Source: Candidatus Binatia bacterium
GTDB lineage: Bacteria; Desulfobacterota; Binatia; Bin18
DNA: 64,000 nucleotides
Direction of reading: 5' to 3'
Assembly (NCBI GenBank): GCA_963664395.2
Contig: OY761159.2
Coordinates: 2,400,001-2,464,000 of the forward strand
Shown here piece after piece: positions 1 to 12,023 of this stretch (position 1 is the stretch's first letter; every line of letters starts with the position of its first letter). Both the position numbers and the translations under genes were made by a program. The notes under the pieces are model-generated. The model made no database searches and was not told the origin of the DNA. It worked only from the letters and a program-made list of their open reading frames with translations.

Positions 1-751
1 ACGAAAGAAAGCGTCCCGGTAGGCAAACGCCTTCGAGCATGACCTGCAATTCGGGCATATGCGAGTCGGCCAGTGTTTCGCCCGAGATCGTGCGCCAGGG
101 CTTGAACCATTCCCGCCCGGCGGTCAGCGTACCAATACGAGCTTCGACCCCGTCCGAGACCAGCAGCGCCGCGTTCATGCTGAACAGCGTCGGCAGTTCG
201 GCCTTATAGGTTTGGAGCTGTTGCCAGGCGGTCCAGATGGTCGCGTCTTCGTCTGCCGGGTTCTTGAGTTCGATGACCCCGAGCGGCAGGCCGTTGACGA
301 ACAGCACCACATCGGGCCGGCGCTCGTGCTTATTCTCAACAACCGTCAACTGATTGACCGCCAGCCAGTCGTTATTGATGGGAGTGTCGAAATCAATCAC
401 TCGCGCCTGCGCGCCACGTACCGTCCCGTTGTCCGTGCGATACTCTACGGTCACGCCGTCTACGAGCATGCGGTGAAAGGCACGGTTGCGGGCCTCAGGT
501 GTTGGCCCGTCCGGGTGGGTCAGCTTACGAAAAGTGTCGTCCAGGGCTTCGGTCGGCAGGTTGGGGTTGAGTAGAGCGAGGGTATCGCGCAGCCGCCGTT
601 CCAGCACCACCGCTCCGTAGTCGCTGCGCTCTGCACTCGGCGTATCGGGCGCGATGTCGGGGCCGTGGGCGATGCTCCAGCCAAGGCTTTCGAGCCAGGC
701 CAGGGCGGCCTCTTCGACAGTGGATTCGGTGAAGATTGTCACTGTAGTCAA
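1..751 (-). CDS. hsdR: Type I restriction endonuclease subunit R, N-terminal part (runs off the window edge)
   Basis: Manual translation: (M)[24 protein letters not shown]...[22 protein letters not shown], the typical HsdR N-terminal nuclease region. TTG at 751 overlaps the upstream stop; GTG at 742 is an alternative start. Missing from the ORF track because the stop lies outside the window. Confidence 0.93.
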   Translation of the reverse strand, partial: MTTVTIFTESTVEEAALAWLESLGWSIAHGPDIAPDTPSAERSDYGAVVLERRLRDTLALLNPNLPTEALDDTFRKLTHPDGPTPEARNRAFHRMLVDGVTVEYRTDNGTVRGAQARVIDFDTPINNDWLAVNQLTVVENKHERRPDVVLFVNGLPLGVIELKNPADEDATIWTAWQQLQTYKAELPTLFSMNAALLVSDGVEARIGTLTAGREWFKPWRTISGETLADSHMPELQVMLEGVCLPGRFLS

Positions 752-1251
752 ATAAGGAAGTCGCGTTTTACCCAAAACAGTGAGATAAGGAGAATGATAT
801 GGAGGACAACAAAGGCTATCGGAATCCACTTTTCTATGCGAGTTACGGCACTATAGGATGGCCCACGACCCTCTCCGGCCAACTGCCACTCATAGGCATA
901 CAGCGCAACTGGTAAATGTTCTTCGAGTTGGTGGATTATTTGGAATTTGACAGTATTCAGGTCTCTATGGGACTGAATGATCTGGTACCAAAGCCAAGAG
1001 ACCAGGATGCCGAGTATCGGAACCAGCGTCGCCCAATAGCTCTGTACGGAACCTTCAGATTGAATGCCGTATAGGGTAACGAGCGCGATGTTGAGTGTGA
1101 GAAGATATCGACTCGAAGCCACCCGTCGTGCGCTGACATTCTCGGCTGACTGTACATACATCTTATATTGCTCAAGGAGGTCCGTGCCGAAGGAATCACC
1201 ATACGTCTCTTTCGTGTAATGAATCAGACACCCATTCGACTGCTGGGACAT
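748..1251 (-). CDS. Small 3-TM membrane protein, putative pore-forming defence effector (RipA/octameric membrane protein-like)
   Basis: [19 protein letters not shown] helix followed by three hydrophobic segments; tightly coupled to the TIR gene and hsdR. Family label is from recalled similarity only. Confidence 0.7.
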   Translation of the reverse strand: MSQQSNGCLIHYTKETYGDSFGTDLLEQYKMYVQSAENVSARRVASSRYLLTLNIALVTLYGIQSEGSVQSYWATLVPILGILVSWLWYQIIQSHRDLNTVKFQIIHQLEEHLPVALYAYEWQLAGEGRGPSYSAVTRIEKWIPIAFVVLHIILLISLFWVKRDFLI

Positions 1252-1255
1252 CAGG

Positions 1256-1645
1256 CTATCTCTCTCCGTTAATCAGTCGTCTCAGGTCTTCCCATTTCCA
1301 TCTGTACATATTGTCCGAACTACGTGCCGACCTTGGCTTTTTGCAAGTCTTGCGCCTCCGGCCTTTCAGCAGGAAGTACGGCTTTTTTTCCTCATGTAAG
1401 ATAGTGACCTCTGCTGTCACTCCAGCCGCATCATGAGTATGTTCTCCGCAGATGACGATAGTAAGGTCGGTTCTGCGTATAATATCCCGGACTTTCTTCT
1501 TCCACTTTTCGGTTATCGGCTCCCTCAAAGACCAATCCGTGATGCTGAATGGCGAGTCCTGGTCCTTTGCTTGCCCAACCAAAGACCCCCGGAGGTTATT
1601 ATCGTGGTCAAAGTCGAAACTGATGAAGACACTTTTCGTAGCCAT
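1256..1645 (-). CDS. TIR domain protein (ThsB/DUF1863-like)
   Basis: VFISFDFDHD beta-A motif, DWSLREP, TIVICGEHT, and GVTAEV containing the putative catalytic Glu. Confidence 0.85.
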   Translation of the reverse strand: MATKSVFISFDFDHDNNLRGSLVGQAKDQDSPFSITDWSLREPITEKWKKKVRDIIRRTDLTIVICGEHTHDAAGVTAEVTILHEEKKPYFLLKGRRRKTCKKPRSARSSDNMYRWKWEDLRRLINGER

Positions 1646-1654
1646 GACTCAACC

Positions 1655-3112
1655 TCATTTCCTTAGAGATGCCCGATTCGACAATTTCATCACAAGATTA
1701 GAAGCATAGTCTTTCGTACTCTCTCTTTTAACTGTGATCCTCACGGGAACGATCTTTTTGGCTGGACTCGATAGGTTTTCGGCGTGAATTTCGCATTCAA
1801 TCGCACCCTGAATTTCATCTTGGTCACTAGCGGCGAAGATTTCGAACTTAAAGCACTTTTCAGCAATTCCATGACGCCATTGTTCACATTCCAGCCTAAA
1901 CGATTCCACCGGTATCAGAGGTTGATCGGGTTTATAGTAGAAAGCATCAGGGTCACGTGAGTGAAATCGCGTCATATCTGGATTGAGTGATGGCGGGAGA
2001 CGGAACAACGAATCAGGGACGTCGCGATAAGCCAAATCGGTAATCCGTCGGCTCTTCGGTGGTTCCGGTGGTCCCGGAAGGGGCCTGTCGAGTATTCTCC
2101 GCCTTTTTGAGTGTTCGTTGTCTTCTGGTTGCGGAGGACAGATTTTGAAATTTCCCTTTGATGTAATAACTACCAGGGCGTTCTTCCCTGGCCGACTTCC
2201 TTTATTTGTTACGACAAAGCGGAAAACCGGCGCCCCTGCTTCGCGTAGTAATGCCCGATGCAGATTGGATAGTACCTTTTTGCACTTTTTTATCCACGCC
2301 GGATATTCCTCTTCTCTGTATTTATCGATATCTCCCTCTGACGGAGGACTATACAATCCACTCATTTCGCGTATGTCTCCAAACGTAGAGACTCTACCGG
2401 TCCGTCCGTAAGAACCGAACGTCACGATGGGGAATTTGTCTTTTAACTGGTCCATAAACGTGGATATTTCACGTTCGTTCAGAGGTCCAAAGGGACATGG
2501 GACCTCAAGAACGTCGATTTCGCTTTCGTTGTCGTCCAAACACTTAATCTGGAACTCAGGCTCAGTTTTCCTCAAGCGAGTAACTTCTTCTTTTAGGCGT
2601 CGATTTTCTCTTTCTTTCTCATTACTTTCGGGCGGTAGCAACCAAGCGTCTTGGATCTTAACAAATGGTAAATCAAGACTTCTCGCCGTCATCATTGGGC
2701 CAGTATCATGAGTGAGTAGCCGGACATCCGCCTCAGGATGCTGCTGCTTGTATTGATGCAGAAAGCCGACAATCTCATCGTCGGCTTTGGTGTAATCAAG
2801 ACGACCTTTCACCTCTGGACTGGGGACACTGGATGACTCTAGCATCAGCTTGACTTGTGGACCCTTTTCCCGAATGACGCTGCAATCCTTTTCAATGATG
2901 CTTCGAAATAGGGAGGAGGTCTTGCGAGCGCGTTGGGCAACTCGGCCGTTCCCGCGATGTTTTTGCTGGTCTATCTCCCGTTGAACCGTGCGGCAAACAA
3001 TCAAATGGACCTCTTCAAAATCTGCCCACTCTGACCAGTCGAGTTCTTCCAGAGGGCGGCATTGAATGAACAAGTTCGTATCAGGAAAGAAGGAGAGGAT
3101 ACGTGTTGTCAT
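1655..3112 (-). CDS. PIN domain protein with coiled coil and unknown C-terminal domain
   Basis: DTNLFIQ, TVQREID, ADDEI and LLTHD acidic PIN motifs. ATG at 3112 has a GAGG RBS; the ORF-track extension to 3223 overlaps hsdS. Confidence 0.8.
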   Translation of the reverse strand: MTTRILSFFPDTNLFIQCRPLEELDWSEWADFEEVHLIVCRTVQREIDQQKHRGNGRVAQRARKTSSLFRSIIEKDCSVIREKGPQVKLMLESSSVPSPEVKGRLDYTKADDEIVGFLHQYKQQHPEADVRLLTHDTGPMMTARSLDLPFVKIQDAWLLPPESNEKERENRRLKEEVTRLRKTEPEFQIKCLDDNESEIDVLEVPCPFGPLNEREISTFMDQLKDKFPIVTFGSYGRTGRVSTFGDIREMSGLYSPPSEGDIDKYREEEYPAWIKKCKKVLSNLHRALLREAGAPVFRFVVTNKGSRPGKNALVVITSKGNFKICPPQPEDNEHSKRRRILDRPLPGPPEPPKSRRITDLAYRDVPDSLFRLPPSLNPDMTRFHSRDPDAFYYKPDQPLIPVESFRLECEQWRHGIAEKCFKFEIFAASDQDEIQGAIECEIHAENLSSPAKKIVPVRITVKRESTKDYASNLVMKLSNRASLRK

Positions 3113-3137
3113 TCTTACTTCCTCTTTGAGAATCGTT

Positions 3138-4532
3138 TCACACCCCCACCCGTGACTCGCCAGAAATGAGCTTGGGCAACAGCGTGTCTCGCAAGGTAGC
3201 AAGAGTTCGGGATTTCTCTGCATTCCGAGAAGCGAGCAAAAAGAAGGGCTGAACTATCTTGCCAAACACTTTCGAGACCTTACCTCTGCCGGGAAGTGGT
3301 AGCCGGTAATTTGAGAGGGCGCTTACAGGGACTCGCTGGCGGCCGCTCGAACCCGTCATACTTTGAATGGCAAACTCGCGGAAGCCAGCGCTCCGTGCGA
3401 GACAATAGGCAAATTCATCAGGAAGCGGAGGTTTAGACCGCATGACAATATACTCGGTCGAGCCCCACCCGACCGTATCTTTCTCCAAGAAATCGACATG
3501 CGCCGTCTTCCCGTTTTCCAGGCACGGCGTAATACGGGCGACAAGGGTATCTCCGTTGGCAAAACGCGTTCCCGAACCAAAAGGCCGATCTACCACCGTG
3601 TTCGGTGTATGACCTTTCGTTGGCATGTTTGCCATATCGAGATACGGGGCTACTTCTCCTTTTCGGAGAGGCCGCGTCGGATTGATATCAATTGCTTCAG
3701 GAAGTGGCTTTACCTCCCACCCCGCCGGTATCTCACCCAACTCCGAATCGACAAAGTGGTCGGGGAATAACGCCGCAATGCTTGGGTCCATCCGGTCAAG
3801 ATATGCACGGGCGCGTTCCACGGTCCAATCAAGGGGGGCGAGATTGGCGGCGTGACGCTTGAGGGCGGCTTTGGCATGAACGGGGTCGAAGTATATGAAC
3901 CAACTCTTGAAGAGCGCCCGCGTCATCTCTTCGAGTGTTTCGTTCATGCGGCGGTTGAGTTCGATCTTGTCGTCCAGGGTTCCAAGGATGTGGGCGATGG
4001 TGTGTTGTTCGGGGAGGGGTGGAATAGACAGGCTGAAATTTGGGATGTCCACGCACTTCAAACTGTCGAATATGGCTCCAACATTGATATACATTCTGAC
4101 TTGATCCCACCATTGAGGACCACGAACAAGCCATCGGAGAAATGGCTTTAACACCTTTGTTCCGTCAGACCGGAGTAAGACCAAGTTTTGTCCCAGCGCA
4201 AATTCAAAATCCTCTGGGACATTTCCGGTTTCGCCAGGATTGCATCGTCGAGACAGCACGATATCGTAGGGTCTGGGGTTCGCCTTCCGTGTCCATTCCT
4301 CGAAGTGTTCACGAGTTATGCGGCGAGCACCGTTAAGATCAATCCGACCATCCTTAACCTGTGGGATTGCAACGTAGGGAAAGCCACTTTCTGAAGCTGG
4401 TGGAGTGCGGTGCTCGCAGTCAATCAGCGAAATTCCGGCCTCACGGAGCGAAAGAACCGGCCACCCACCTTCGGACCCCACTTTTTTCACTCCTTTCCGA
4501 ACCACTGCGTTTGTCATGCGGCCCTGCGTCAA
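3138..4532 (-). CDS. hsdS: Type I RM specificity subunit
   Basis: Two TRDs, conserved PPLPEQ..IAHILGTLDDKIELNRRMNETLE and LRDTLLPKLISGE, plus SELGEIPAGW. Exact start uncertain. Confidence 0.93.
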   Translation of the reverse strand: MTQGRMTNAVVRKGVKKVGSEGGWPVLSLREAGISLIDCEHRTPPASESGFPYVAIPQVKDGRIDLNGARRITREHFEEWTRKANPRPYDIVLSRRCNPGETGNVPEDFEFALGQNLVLLRSDGTKVLKPFLRWLVRGPQWWDQVRMYINVGAIFDSLKCVDIPNFSLSIPPLPEQHTIAHILGTLDDKIELNRRMNETLEEMTRALFKSWFIYFDPVHAKAALKRHAANLAPLDWTVERARAYLDRMDPSIAALFPDHFVDSELGEIPAGWEVKPLPEAIDINPTRPLRKGEVAPYLDMANMPTKGHTPNTVVDRPFGSGTRFANGDTLVARITPCLENGKTAHVDFLEKDTVGWGSTEYIVMRSKPPLPDEFAYCLARSAGFREFAIQSMTGSSGRQRVPVSALSNYRLPLPGRGKVSKVFGKIVQPFFLLASRNAEKSRTLATLRDTLLPKLISGESRVGV

Positions 4533-4727
4533 TTCGACGCCCGATGAAACACCAAAGCGTCCACGATGTCGCCGGTACTCGGCGCTTCCTTGCGGCGTAA
4601 ATCCGGTTTCTCATGCTGTCCTTCCCAGTCCTCGGTTCCAACATCCAGTTGGATTTTGGTGACTGAGATACGATCTGGCGCTATGTCGTCGAAGCCGCCT
4701 TCGTAGCCGTTCACGACCACGCGCAGG

Positions 4728-6461
<1,734 letters not shown>

Positions 6462-6571
6462 GTGCTGTTTCTCCCGTTCTCGTCACACCGACGCGGCTTG
6501 ACCCTGATCCGCCTTGACTGAGCCGGTGCGTATGGGCTGTGTTTGAATATGCAGGCAGGGACACGGCGGTG

Positions 6572-7360
6572 CTATTTCCCCTCAAAGCGGGGGCGGCGTT
6601 TTTCCATGAACGCTTTTACCCCTTCTTGGTAGTCCTGGCTCCCGAAGCAACGGGTTGACCAAGTCTTGACGGCATCCATGTCGCGCAGGGTGGCCGCTTT
6701 GGCACTCTCTCGGACGAAAAACTTGTGGGCCGCCACACTCAAGGGAGCGTTATCAGCCATCTTGAGCGCGTATTCACGGGTATAGGATTCAAGCTCGGCC
6801 TTGGGCAGGACGCGATTGACCAGACCCATATGGGCCGCCTCTTCGGCGTTATAGACCCGGGCGGTCATAAGAATCTCGGCCGCGTTGGAGACTCCGACGA
6901 TATGGACGAGCCGTTCGACCCCCCGCTCAAGTGGATAGGCAATACCCAGACGGGCGGCCGGAATCCCAAAGCGGGCATCATCGGCACACAGCCGCAGGTC
7001 GCACATGACGGCCACCGAACAGCCCCCGCCCATGCAGAAGCCATGAATCATGGTGATGACCGGCTTTTCCAAGCCGGCGAGCGATTTTAGCGCTCCGTCT
7101 ACCGCCTGGTTATAGCCCCGCGTTGTCTCAGCCCCGGAGCGGACCTTGCCAAACTGCGAAATATCGGCACCTGAGACAAAGGCTTCCTCGCCCGCGCCGC
7201 GCAGGAGGAGGACGCGGAGATCATCATCGGCGGCGACCTCGGCGACGAGTTGTGGCAGGGTGTGCCACATGTCAAGGTCAACCGCATTGCGACGCTCGGG
7301 TTTGTTGAAGACAATCCAGGCTAAAGGGGGCTCTTTGTGAAGAAGGAGTGTGTCTGACAT
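6572..7360 (-). CDS. Enoyl-CoA hydratase/isomerase family protein
   Basis: AFVSGADI, GFCMGGG, FGIPAARLG, and C-terminal EGVKAFMEKRRP. ATG at 7360 has a GGAG RBS. Confidence 0.93.
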   Translation of the reverse strand: MSDTLLLHKEPPLAWIVFNKPERRNAVDLDMWHTLPQLVAEVAADDDLRVLLLRGAGEEAFVSGADISQFGKVRSGAETTRGYNQAVDGALKSLAGLEKPVITMIHGFCMGGGCSVAVMCDLRLCADDARFGIPAARLGIAYPLERGVERLVHIVGVSNAAEILMTARVYNAEEAAHMGLVNRVLPKAELESYTREYALKMADNAPLSVAAHKFFVRESAKAATLRDMDAVKTWSTRCFGSQDYQEGVKAFMEKRRPRFEGK

Positions 7361-7639
7361 CGCGAGCTCCTGTGTTTTTTCTTTTGCGCGGTTGCGTCCG
7401 CCAACCATAGCGCTCTGGCTGGGGTGTTGTCCATTGCTGTGTCTCTTCGCTCGCCCTCACCCGGAATGTTCCGGCTGCCTGGTATTCCTTCTCTATCCAG
7501 TGTATCATCACGATAAAAGAAGTTGACTTTTAATGCGCCCTTTCTCTAGCAGAAATATTCTTTCACAAACTTCATACGACCCCCTGCCGTAGTGACACAC
7601 GTTGCGTAATTTTAGCGGCAGGAAAGACAGGGGGAAAAC

Positions 7640-8713
7640 ATGGCAGATGGCTGGCAAAATAAAGGAGGCGCTTCGCCTAGCGAGGAACTCCTCCAAGGTC
7701 TTGAAGACCTGAAACGGACCATACAACGTTTTACCAAAGGGGCTGGTGTCTGGCTAATCGTCGCCGCCCTTGCGCTGTTGTGGCTTGGCTCCGGTTTCTA
7801 TGTGGTCGGTCCGAGCGAACAGGGTATCGTGCTGCGTTTTGGCGCAGTGGTGAATGAAATGGGCCCTGGCTTGCGCTTCCATATGCCGTGGCCGATTGAA
7901 AAACATGTTGTGGTGGATATTGCGCGGGTGCGCAGCTCCCAAGTCGGCTACCGTCCGTCGGCAGCAGCACCGGGACGGAGCGGTGGGAGCGGTACCCGTA
8001 CAATTCCACAAGAAGCCTTGATGTTGACCGGAGACGAAAACATCGTTGAGGTCAACCTGGTGGTGCAGTATCGCATTCAGGACCCGGTCAAATATCTTTT
8101 TGGTGCCTATGAGCCGGAGGGAATGCTGCACTCATCGGCAGAGGTCGCTCTGCGCAGTGCGGTTGGCGGGAATACGATTGACTACACGATGACCGACGGC
8201 CGGCTTGAGGTGCAGGAGCAGGCCAAGAGCGCGCTCCAGGGACTTCTGGACGTGTATCAAACCGGCCTGTTCGTCACCGAGGCCCGCCTGCTTGCCGTCG
8301 ATCCTCCCAATGAAGTGCGGGATGCCTTTAACGATGTCGTCCGGGCCCTGGAAGACCGAGACCGCCTGCGCCAGGAGGCTGAAGGCTATCAGGAAGACGT
8401 CGTGCCCAAGGCGCGGGGTGAGGCGGCCCAGATGATACAGCAAGCAGAAGGGTACAAGGCGCAGCGGGTCATCCGCGCCCAAGGTGACGCCGAGCGTTTT
8501 CTGCGCATCCTGGCCGAATATGAGAAATCCAAGGCGGTGACACGCGACCGGCTCTACTTGGAAAGTGTCGAGCGGATCATGCCCACTATGGAAAAATTCA
8601 TTATGGATGCACAGAACAGCGGGGGTGTTGTGCCCCTGTTGCCGCTGAAGGATCTTGGCTCAGGCGCGGCCGCGGCCGCGGCCGGTGCCGTGGTGAGTCA
8701 GGAGGCGAGATAA
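7640..8713 (+). CDS. hflK: FtsH protease modulator HflK
   Basis: N-terminal TM helix, SPFH domain with LMLTGDENIVEV, VTRDRLYLE; followed by hflC. Confidence 0.93.
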   Translation: MADGWQNKGGASPSEELLQGLEDLKRTIQRFTKGAGVWLIVAALALLWLGSGFYVVGPSEQGIVLRFGAVVNEMGPGLRFHMPWPIEKHVVVDIARVRSSQVGYRPSAAAPGRSGGSGTRTIPQEALMLTGDENIVEVNLVVQYRIQDPVKYLFGAYEPEGMLHSSAEVALRSAVGGNTIDYTMTDGRLEVQEQAKSALQGLLDVYQTGLFVTEARLLAVDPPNEVRDAFNDVVRALEDRDRLRQEAEGYQEDVVPKARGEAAQMIQQAEGYKAQRVIRAQGDAERFLRILAEYEKSKAVTRDRLYLESVERIMPTMEKFIMDAQNSGGVVPLLPLKDLGSGAAAAAAGAVVSQEAR

Positions 8714-9580
8714 ATGGTACTGCGATTAGTTGTCGGGCTGGGTTTAGTCCTTGTCTTTGTGGCTGCCCAAGCTGCTTTCACTATTGGTGAGTGGGAGCAG
8801 GGGATGGTGGTGCAGTTCGGGAATCCCAAGCGTATCATTCAGGAGCCCGGTTTATACTTTAAGTTGCCGATGGCCCAAAATCTGGTCCGCTTTGAAAAAC
8901 GTGTCCTCACGACAGATGCCCGCGAGTCCGAATACATCACGCTCGATAAAAAGCGTGTCCTGGTGGACCATGTTTCCCGCTGGCGTATCGAAGACCCCCT
9001 CCAGTTCTACCGGAGTGTACGCGACCGCCGCCGGGCCATGGCCCGGCTGGATGACATTATTTCCGCCCGTCTCCGGCAGGAAATTGCCACGCACAATTTT
9101 CTGGACCTGATCCGCGAGAAACGCGAAGACATTATGGCTATTGTCACCAGGGATACGCGCGAGACCGCGAAGTCTTTTGGGATTGAAGTCACCGATGTCA
9201 GGATCAAGCGGCTCGATCTGCCTGAAGCAGTGCAGGCCAGCGTGTTTGCGCGTATGCGAGCGGAGCGGGAACGGATTGCCAAGCGCTACCGGGCCGAAGG
9301 GGAAGAGCAGGCGCAGCATCTCCGGGCGGTCGCTGACCGGGAGCGTGAAGTGATCCTCGCCACGGCGTATGAGTCGAGCGAAAAGCTGAAAGGCGCGGGC
9401 GATGCCGAGGCAACGAGTACGTATGGGCAGGCGTTTGGGCAGGATGCAGAGTTCTATGCCTTTACGCGTCGGCTCCAGGCGTATGAGAAAATTCTGAGCA
9501 ACGACACGACTTTGATCTTGAATACCGACTCGGAACTCCTGAGCTATTTGCAGGGGCCGGGGCAGGGCCTGAGCGAATAG
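8714..9580 (+). CDS. hflC: FtsH protease modulator HflC
   Basis: SPFH domain, RMRAERERIAKRYRAEG, FYAFTRRLQAY. Confidence 0.93.
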   Translation: MVLRLVVGLGLVLVFVAAQAAFTIGEWEQGMVVQFGNPKRIIQEPGLYFKLPMAQNLVRFEKRVLTTDARESEYITLDKKRVLVDHVSRWRIEDPLQFYRSVRDRRRAMARLDDIISARLRQEIATHNFLDLIREKREDIMAIVTRDTRETAKSFGIEVTDVRIKRLDLPEAVQASVFARMRAERERIAKRYRAEGEEQAQHLRAVADREREVILATAYESSEKLKGAGDAEATSTYGQAFGQDAEFYAFTRRLQAYEKILSNDTTLILNTDSELLSYLQGPGQGLSE

Positions 9581-9594
9581 GCGAGTCGGGGGAC

Positions 9595-9861
9595 ATGCCC
9601 GGACTTTTTCGGCTGCTGCTTTTTCTCGGGATTGGATACCTGATTGTTTCAGGCATCCGACGGCTCTTTCTGCCGGCTGCCGCGTCGAGCCAGAAGCAAG
9701 CCGCACACACTACGGACCTGGACAGCGTGCCCTTAGTCCAAGATCCTCAGTGTGGTCGTTTTGTTCCGCAGAACGAAGCGATTGTGGTGTCACGGCGCGG
9801 TCGGTCCCAAACGCTCTATTTCTGTAGTGAAGAGTGCCGCGCCGCCTACAAGGCTGCATAA
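9595..9861 (+). CDS. Small membrane protein with YHS/TRASH-like domain
   Basis: N-terminal hydrophobic helix; QDPQCG...YFCSEEC. Confidence 0.75.
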   Translation: MPGLFRLLLFLGIGYLIVSGIRRLFLPAAASSQKQAAHTTDLDSVPLVQDPQCGRFVPQNEAIVVSRRGRSQTLYFCSEECRAAYKAA

Positions 9862-9872
9862 GGTCCCGACCC

Positions 9873-10787
9873 TTACCGGAATGCCGGAATGATCTCTTCC
9901 CCGATCAGGCGTGTATTTTCGTCAATATAGTCCGTTGGGCAGGCCGAGGGCAGGATGACCGTTTTCGCTCCCGCGTCAATATACTCCTGAAGGCGCTTGC
10001 GACATTCTTCGGGCGTTCCGGCGAGCGCGTATTTGCCGATCAGCTTGGAAAAATCCTGGGCATATTGTTTGCCCAACCGGCTTGCCGCCATCTCCCGACC
10101 TTTCTCGCCGTCCGCATGGGTGGCCGTAAAGATAAACACACCGGGATTAAACGATTCGACATCCCGCCCGTACTCTGTGCGCAGACTTTTGATCTTCTCA
10201 ATACTGTCGTGCAATTGTTCGGGCGTATACATATACGGCAGCCAACCGTCAGCATATTTTGCCGTGCGTTTCATGGCCGGTTCCTTCCGGCCCGCAACCC
10301 AGATGGGCGGACGCGGTTTCTGAACGGGCGCCGGCTCAATACTGACTTCATTCAGCGTGGTGTACTTCCCCTCAAAGGACACGGTTTTCTCGGTCCATAA
10401 GCGACGGATCACTTCGAGGGCTTCGTTGGTACGTGAGCCGCGCTGATTCACGGGCACGCCACACGCCTCGAACTCTTTTGGGAACTCTCCGCCAATGCCC
10501 ACGCCAAAGTTGTAGCGTCCATTTGAGGCCACATCGAGCGCGGCCCCCATTTTTGCCACAAGTGCGGCTGGATATAACGGCAGGAGGACGATGGAGCTGA
10601 GCAGTTTAATCTTCTGTGTTGCGCCGGCCGCAACCGAGAGTGAAATGAATGTGTTGCCGACCGGACCGTGAAACATGACGTGTTCGCCGCAACCGAGGAA
10701 GTCAAAACCTAAGTGCTCTGCACGCTGGGCAAACTCTCCAATATGGTCCATTGTTGGCAAAGCCGTCCCAAATTCAACATCTCCCAT
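9873..10787 (-). CDS. LLM-class flavin-dependent oxidoreductase
   Basis: GEHVMF, LDVASNGR..FGVGIG, PPIWVAG, YADGW. Confidence 0.92.
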   Translation of the reverse strand: MGDVEFGTALPTMDHIGEFAQRAEHLGFDFLGCGEHVMFHGPVGNTFISLSVAAGATQKIKLLSSIVLLPLYPAALVAKMGAALDVASNGRYNFGVGIGGEFPKEFEACGVPVNQRGSRTNEALEVIRRLWTEKTVSFEGKYTTLNEVSIEPAPVQKPRPPIWVAGRKEPAMKRTAKYADGWLPYMYTPEQLHDSIEKIKSLRTEYGRDVESFNPGVFIFTATHADGEKGREMAASRLGKQYAQDFSKLIGKYALAGTPEECRKRLQEYIDAGAKTVILPSACPTDYIDENTRLIGEEIIPAFR

Positions 10788-10872
10788 ACGTCCTCCTACC
10801 GAAGTGATGTTCCCTCATATCTGTGAACGCGGAAAAGAATCAAGCCGTCCCTGGGCCGTCTCTATTCGTGCG

Positions 10873-11211
10873 CTACTCCTCCGACTTTTTGTCCATCCTC
10901 TGCCACACGCCTTTATTGCGTAGGTGTTTGACATCCTGGGCGGTCTGTTGCACCCGGATACCCATTGCGCCCAGGAGTTCAGTGCTCATATCCGCGGTAA
11001 TCTGATCTTTGACGCTGCCGTTGCCGTGTGGGTCGGCGTTCATAAAGGCTTCTATTTGTTCGCGCGGCAGACCGGTTTCGATACATAAGTCAAGGAATTG
11101 CAGCAAGCTGAGTTGCCCGCGCTGCCGGGTGTATATCTCGTGTAAGCGTTGGCAGCCTTCACATATGCGTTTGAACCACCCCGCGCCCTTCCGGCAGTAT
11201 GAGCATTTCAT
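10873..11211 (-). CDS. Hypothetical protein with N-terminal CxxC...CxxC zinc ribbon
   Basis: MKCSYC...ICEGC; start set to the ATG at 11211. Confidence 0.7.
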   Translation of the reverse strand: MKCSYCRKGAGWFKRICEGCQRLHEIYTRQRGQLSLLQFLDLCIETGLPREQIEAFMNADPHGNGSVKDQITADMSTELLGAMGIRVQQTAQDVKHLRNKGVWQRMDKKSEE

Positions 11212-11306
11212 TACCACCAGCCTAACGGTTCGCCCGGAGGGGAACAACGGCAGGGCCATACGACCCGTGTTTGCCCCCCACACCAATCCACGCTACACCC
11301 CCCAGT

Positions 11307-12023
11307 ATGTCTGCCACCGCGCTGGTGATCTTTGCCAAATGGCCGCTGCCCGGACAGGTCAAGACGCGCCTGTGTCCGCCGCTCCGGCCTGACCAAGCCG
11401 CAGAACTGGCGCGCTGCTTTCTCCTGGATACGGTTGAACGGGTTTCCCGACTCGAAGAGGGGCGGGTCTGGGTTGCCTTTACCCCGGCTGATAGCGAGCC
11501 TCGCTTTCGGGCGCTGCTGCCTGCCTCCGTCCGTTACCTGCCGCAACGGGGTAATGATCTTGGTGAGCGTGAGCTGAATATCTTTGTGGATCTGTTCGGG
11601 AAAGAAGTGAAGAGGGTGGCGATTATGGGGAGTGATATTCCCTCCGTGCCGCTCGCCTATCTCCGCTTGGCCTTCGACCTGTTGAAGACCCCGGGCTGTG
11701 ATGCCGTCTTCGGCCCGAGTAGTGACGGCGGCTACTACTGTATCGGCGCACAGGCCGGCCATGCCGCGCTGCCAGCCCTGTTTGAGGATATTGAGTGGAG
11801 TACGGCAAAGGTCATGCAACAGACGTTGGGACAGGCCCGCTTGCATAACATGAATGTAGGCCTGATCCCATGCTGGTACGATGTGGATACAGTAGAGGAT
11901 GTACGGAAACTGGCGGAGCAGTTGAGGGAAACGCGGCATGGAGACGCTGCCCCACGAACCCGGAATTTTTTAGAACGAATCGCTCCTACTCTTTATCGGT
12001 GTGGTGTTCCAAAGCCCGGATAA
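11307..12023 (+). CDS. DUF2064/TIGR04282-type glycosyltransferase-like protein (CofC-like fold)
   Basis: FAKxPxPGQVKTRL, QRGNDLGER, MGSDIP, GPSSDGGYY, WYDVDT. Confidence 0.88.
   Translation: MSATALVIFAKWPLPGQVKTRLCPPLRPDQAAELARCFLLDTVERVSRLEEGRVWVAFTPADSEPRFRALLPASVRYLPQRGNDLGERELNIFVDLFGKEVKRVAIMGSDIPSVPLAYLRLAFDLLKTPGCDAVFGPSSDGGYYCIGAQAGHAALPALFEDIEWSTAKVMQQTLGQARLHNMNVGLIPCWYDVDTVEDVRKLAEQLRETRHGDAAPRTRNFLERIAPTLYRCGVPKPG

Noticed and set aside
59-574. Long plus-strand ORF (likewise 4764-5753, 8852-9706, 29466-30455, 58662-59804, 61892-63091)
   Set aside because: Antisense shadows of well-supported genes in GC-rich DNA; no motifs.
7278-7511. 77-aa minus-strand ORF upstream of the enoyl-CoA hydratase
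   Set aside because: Overlaps the real gene in another frame; no motif or convincing RBS.
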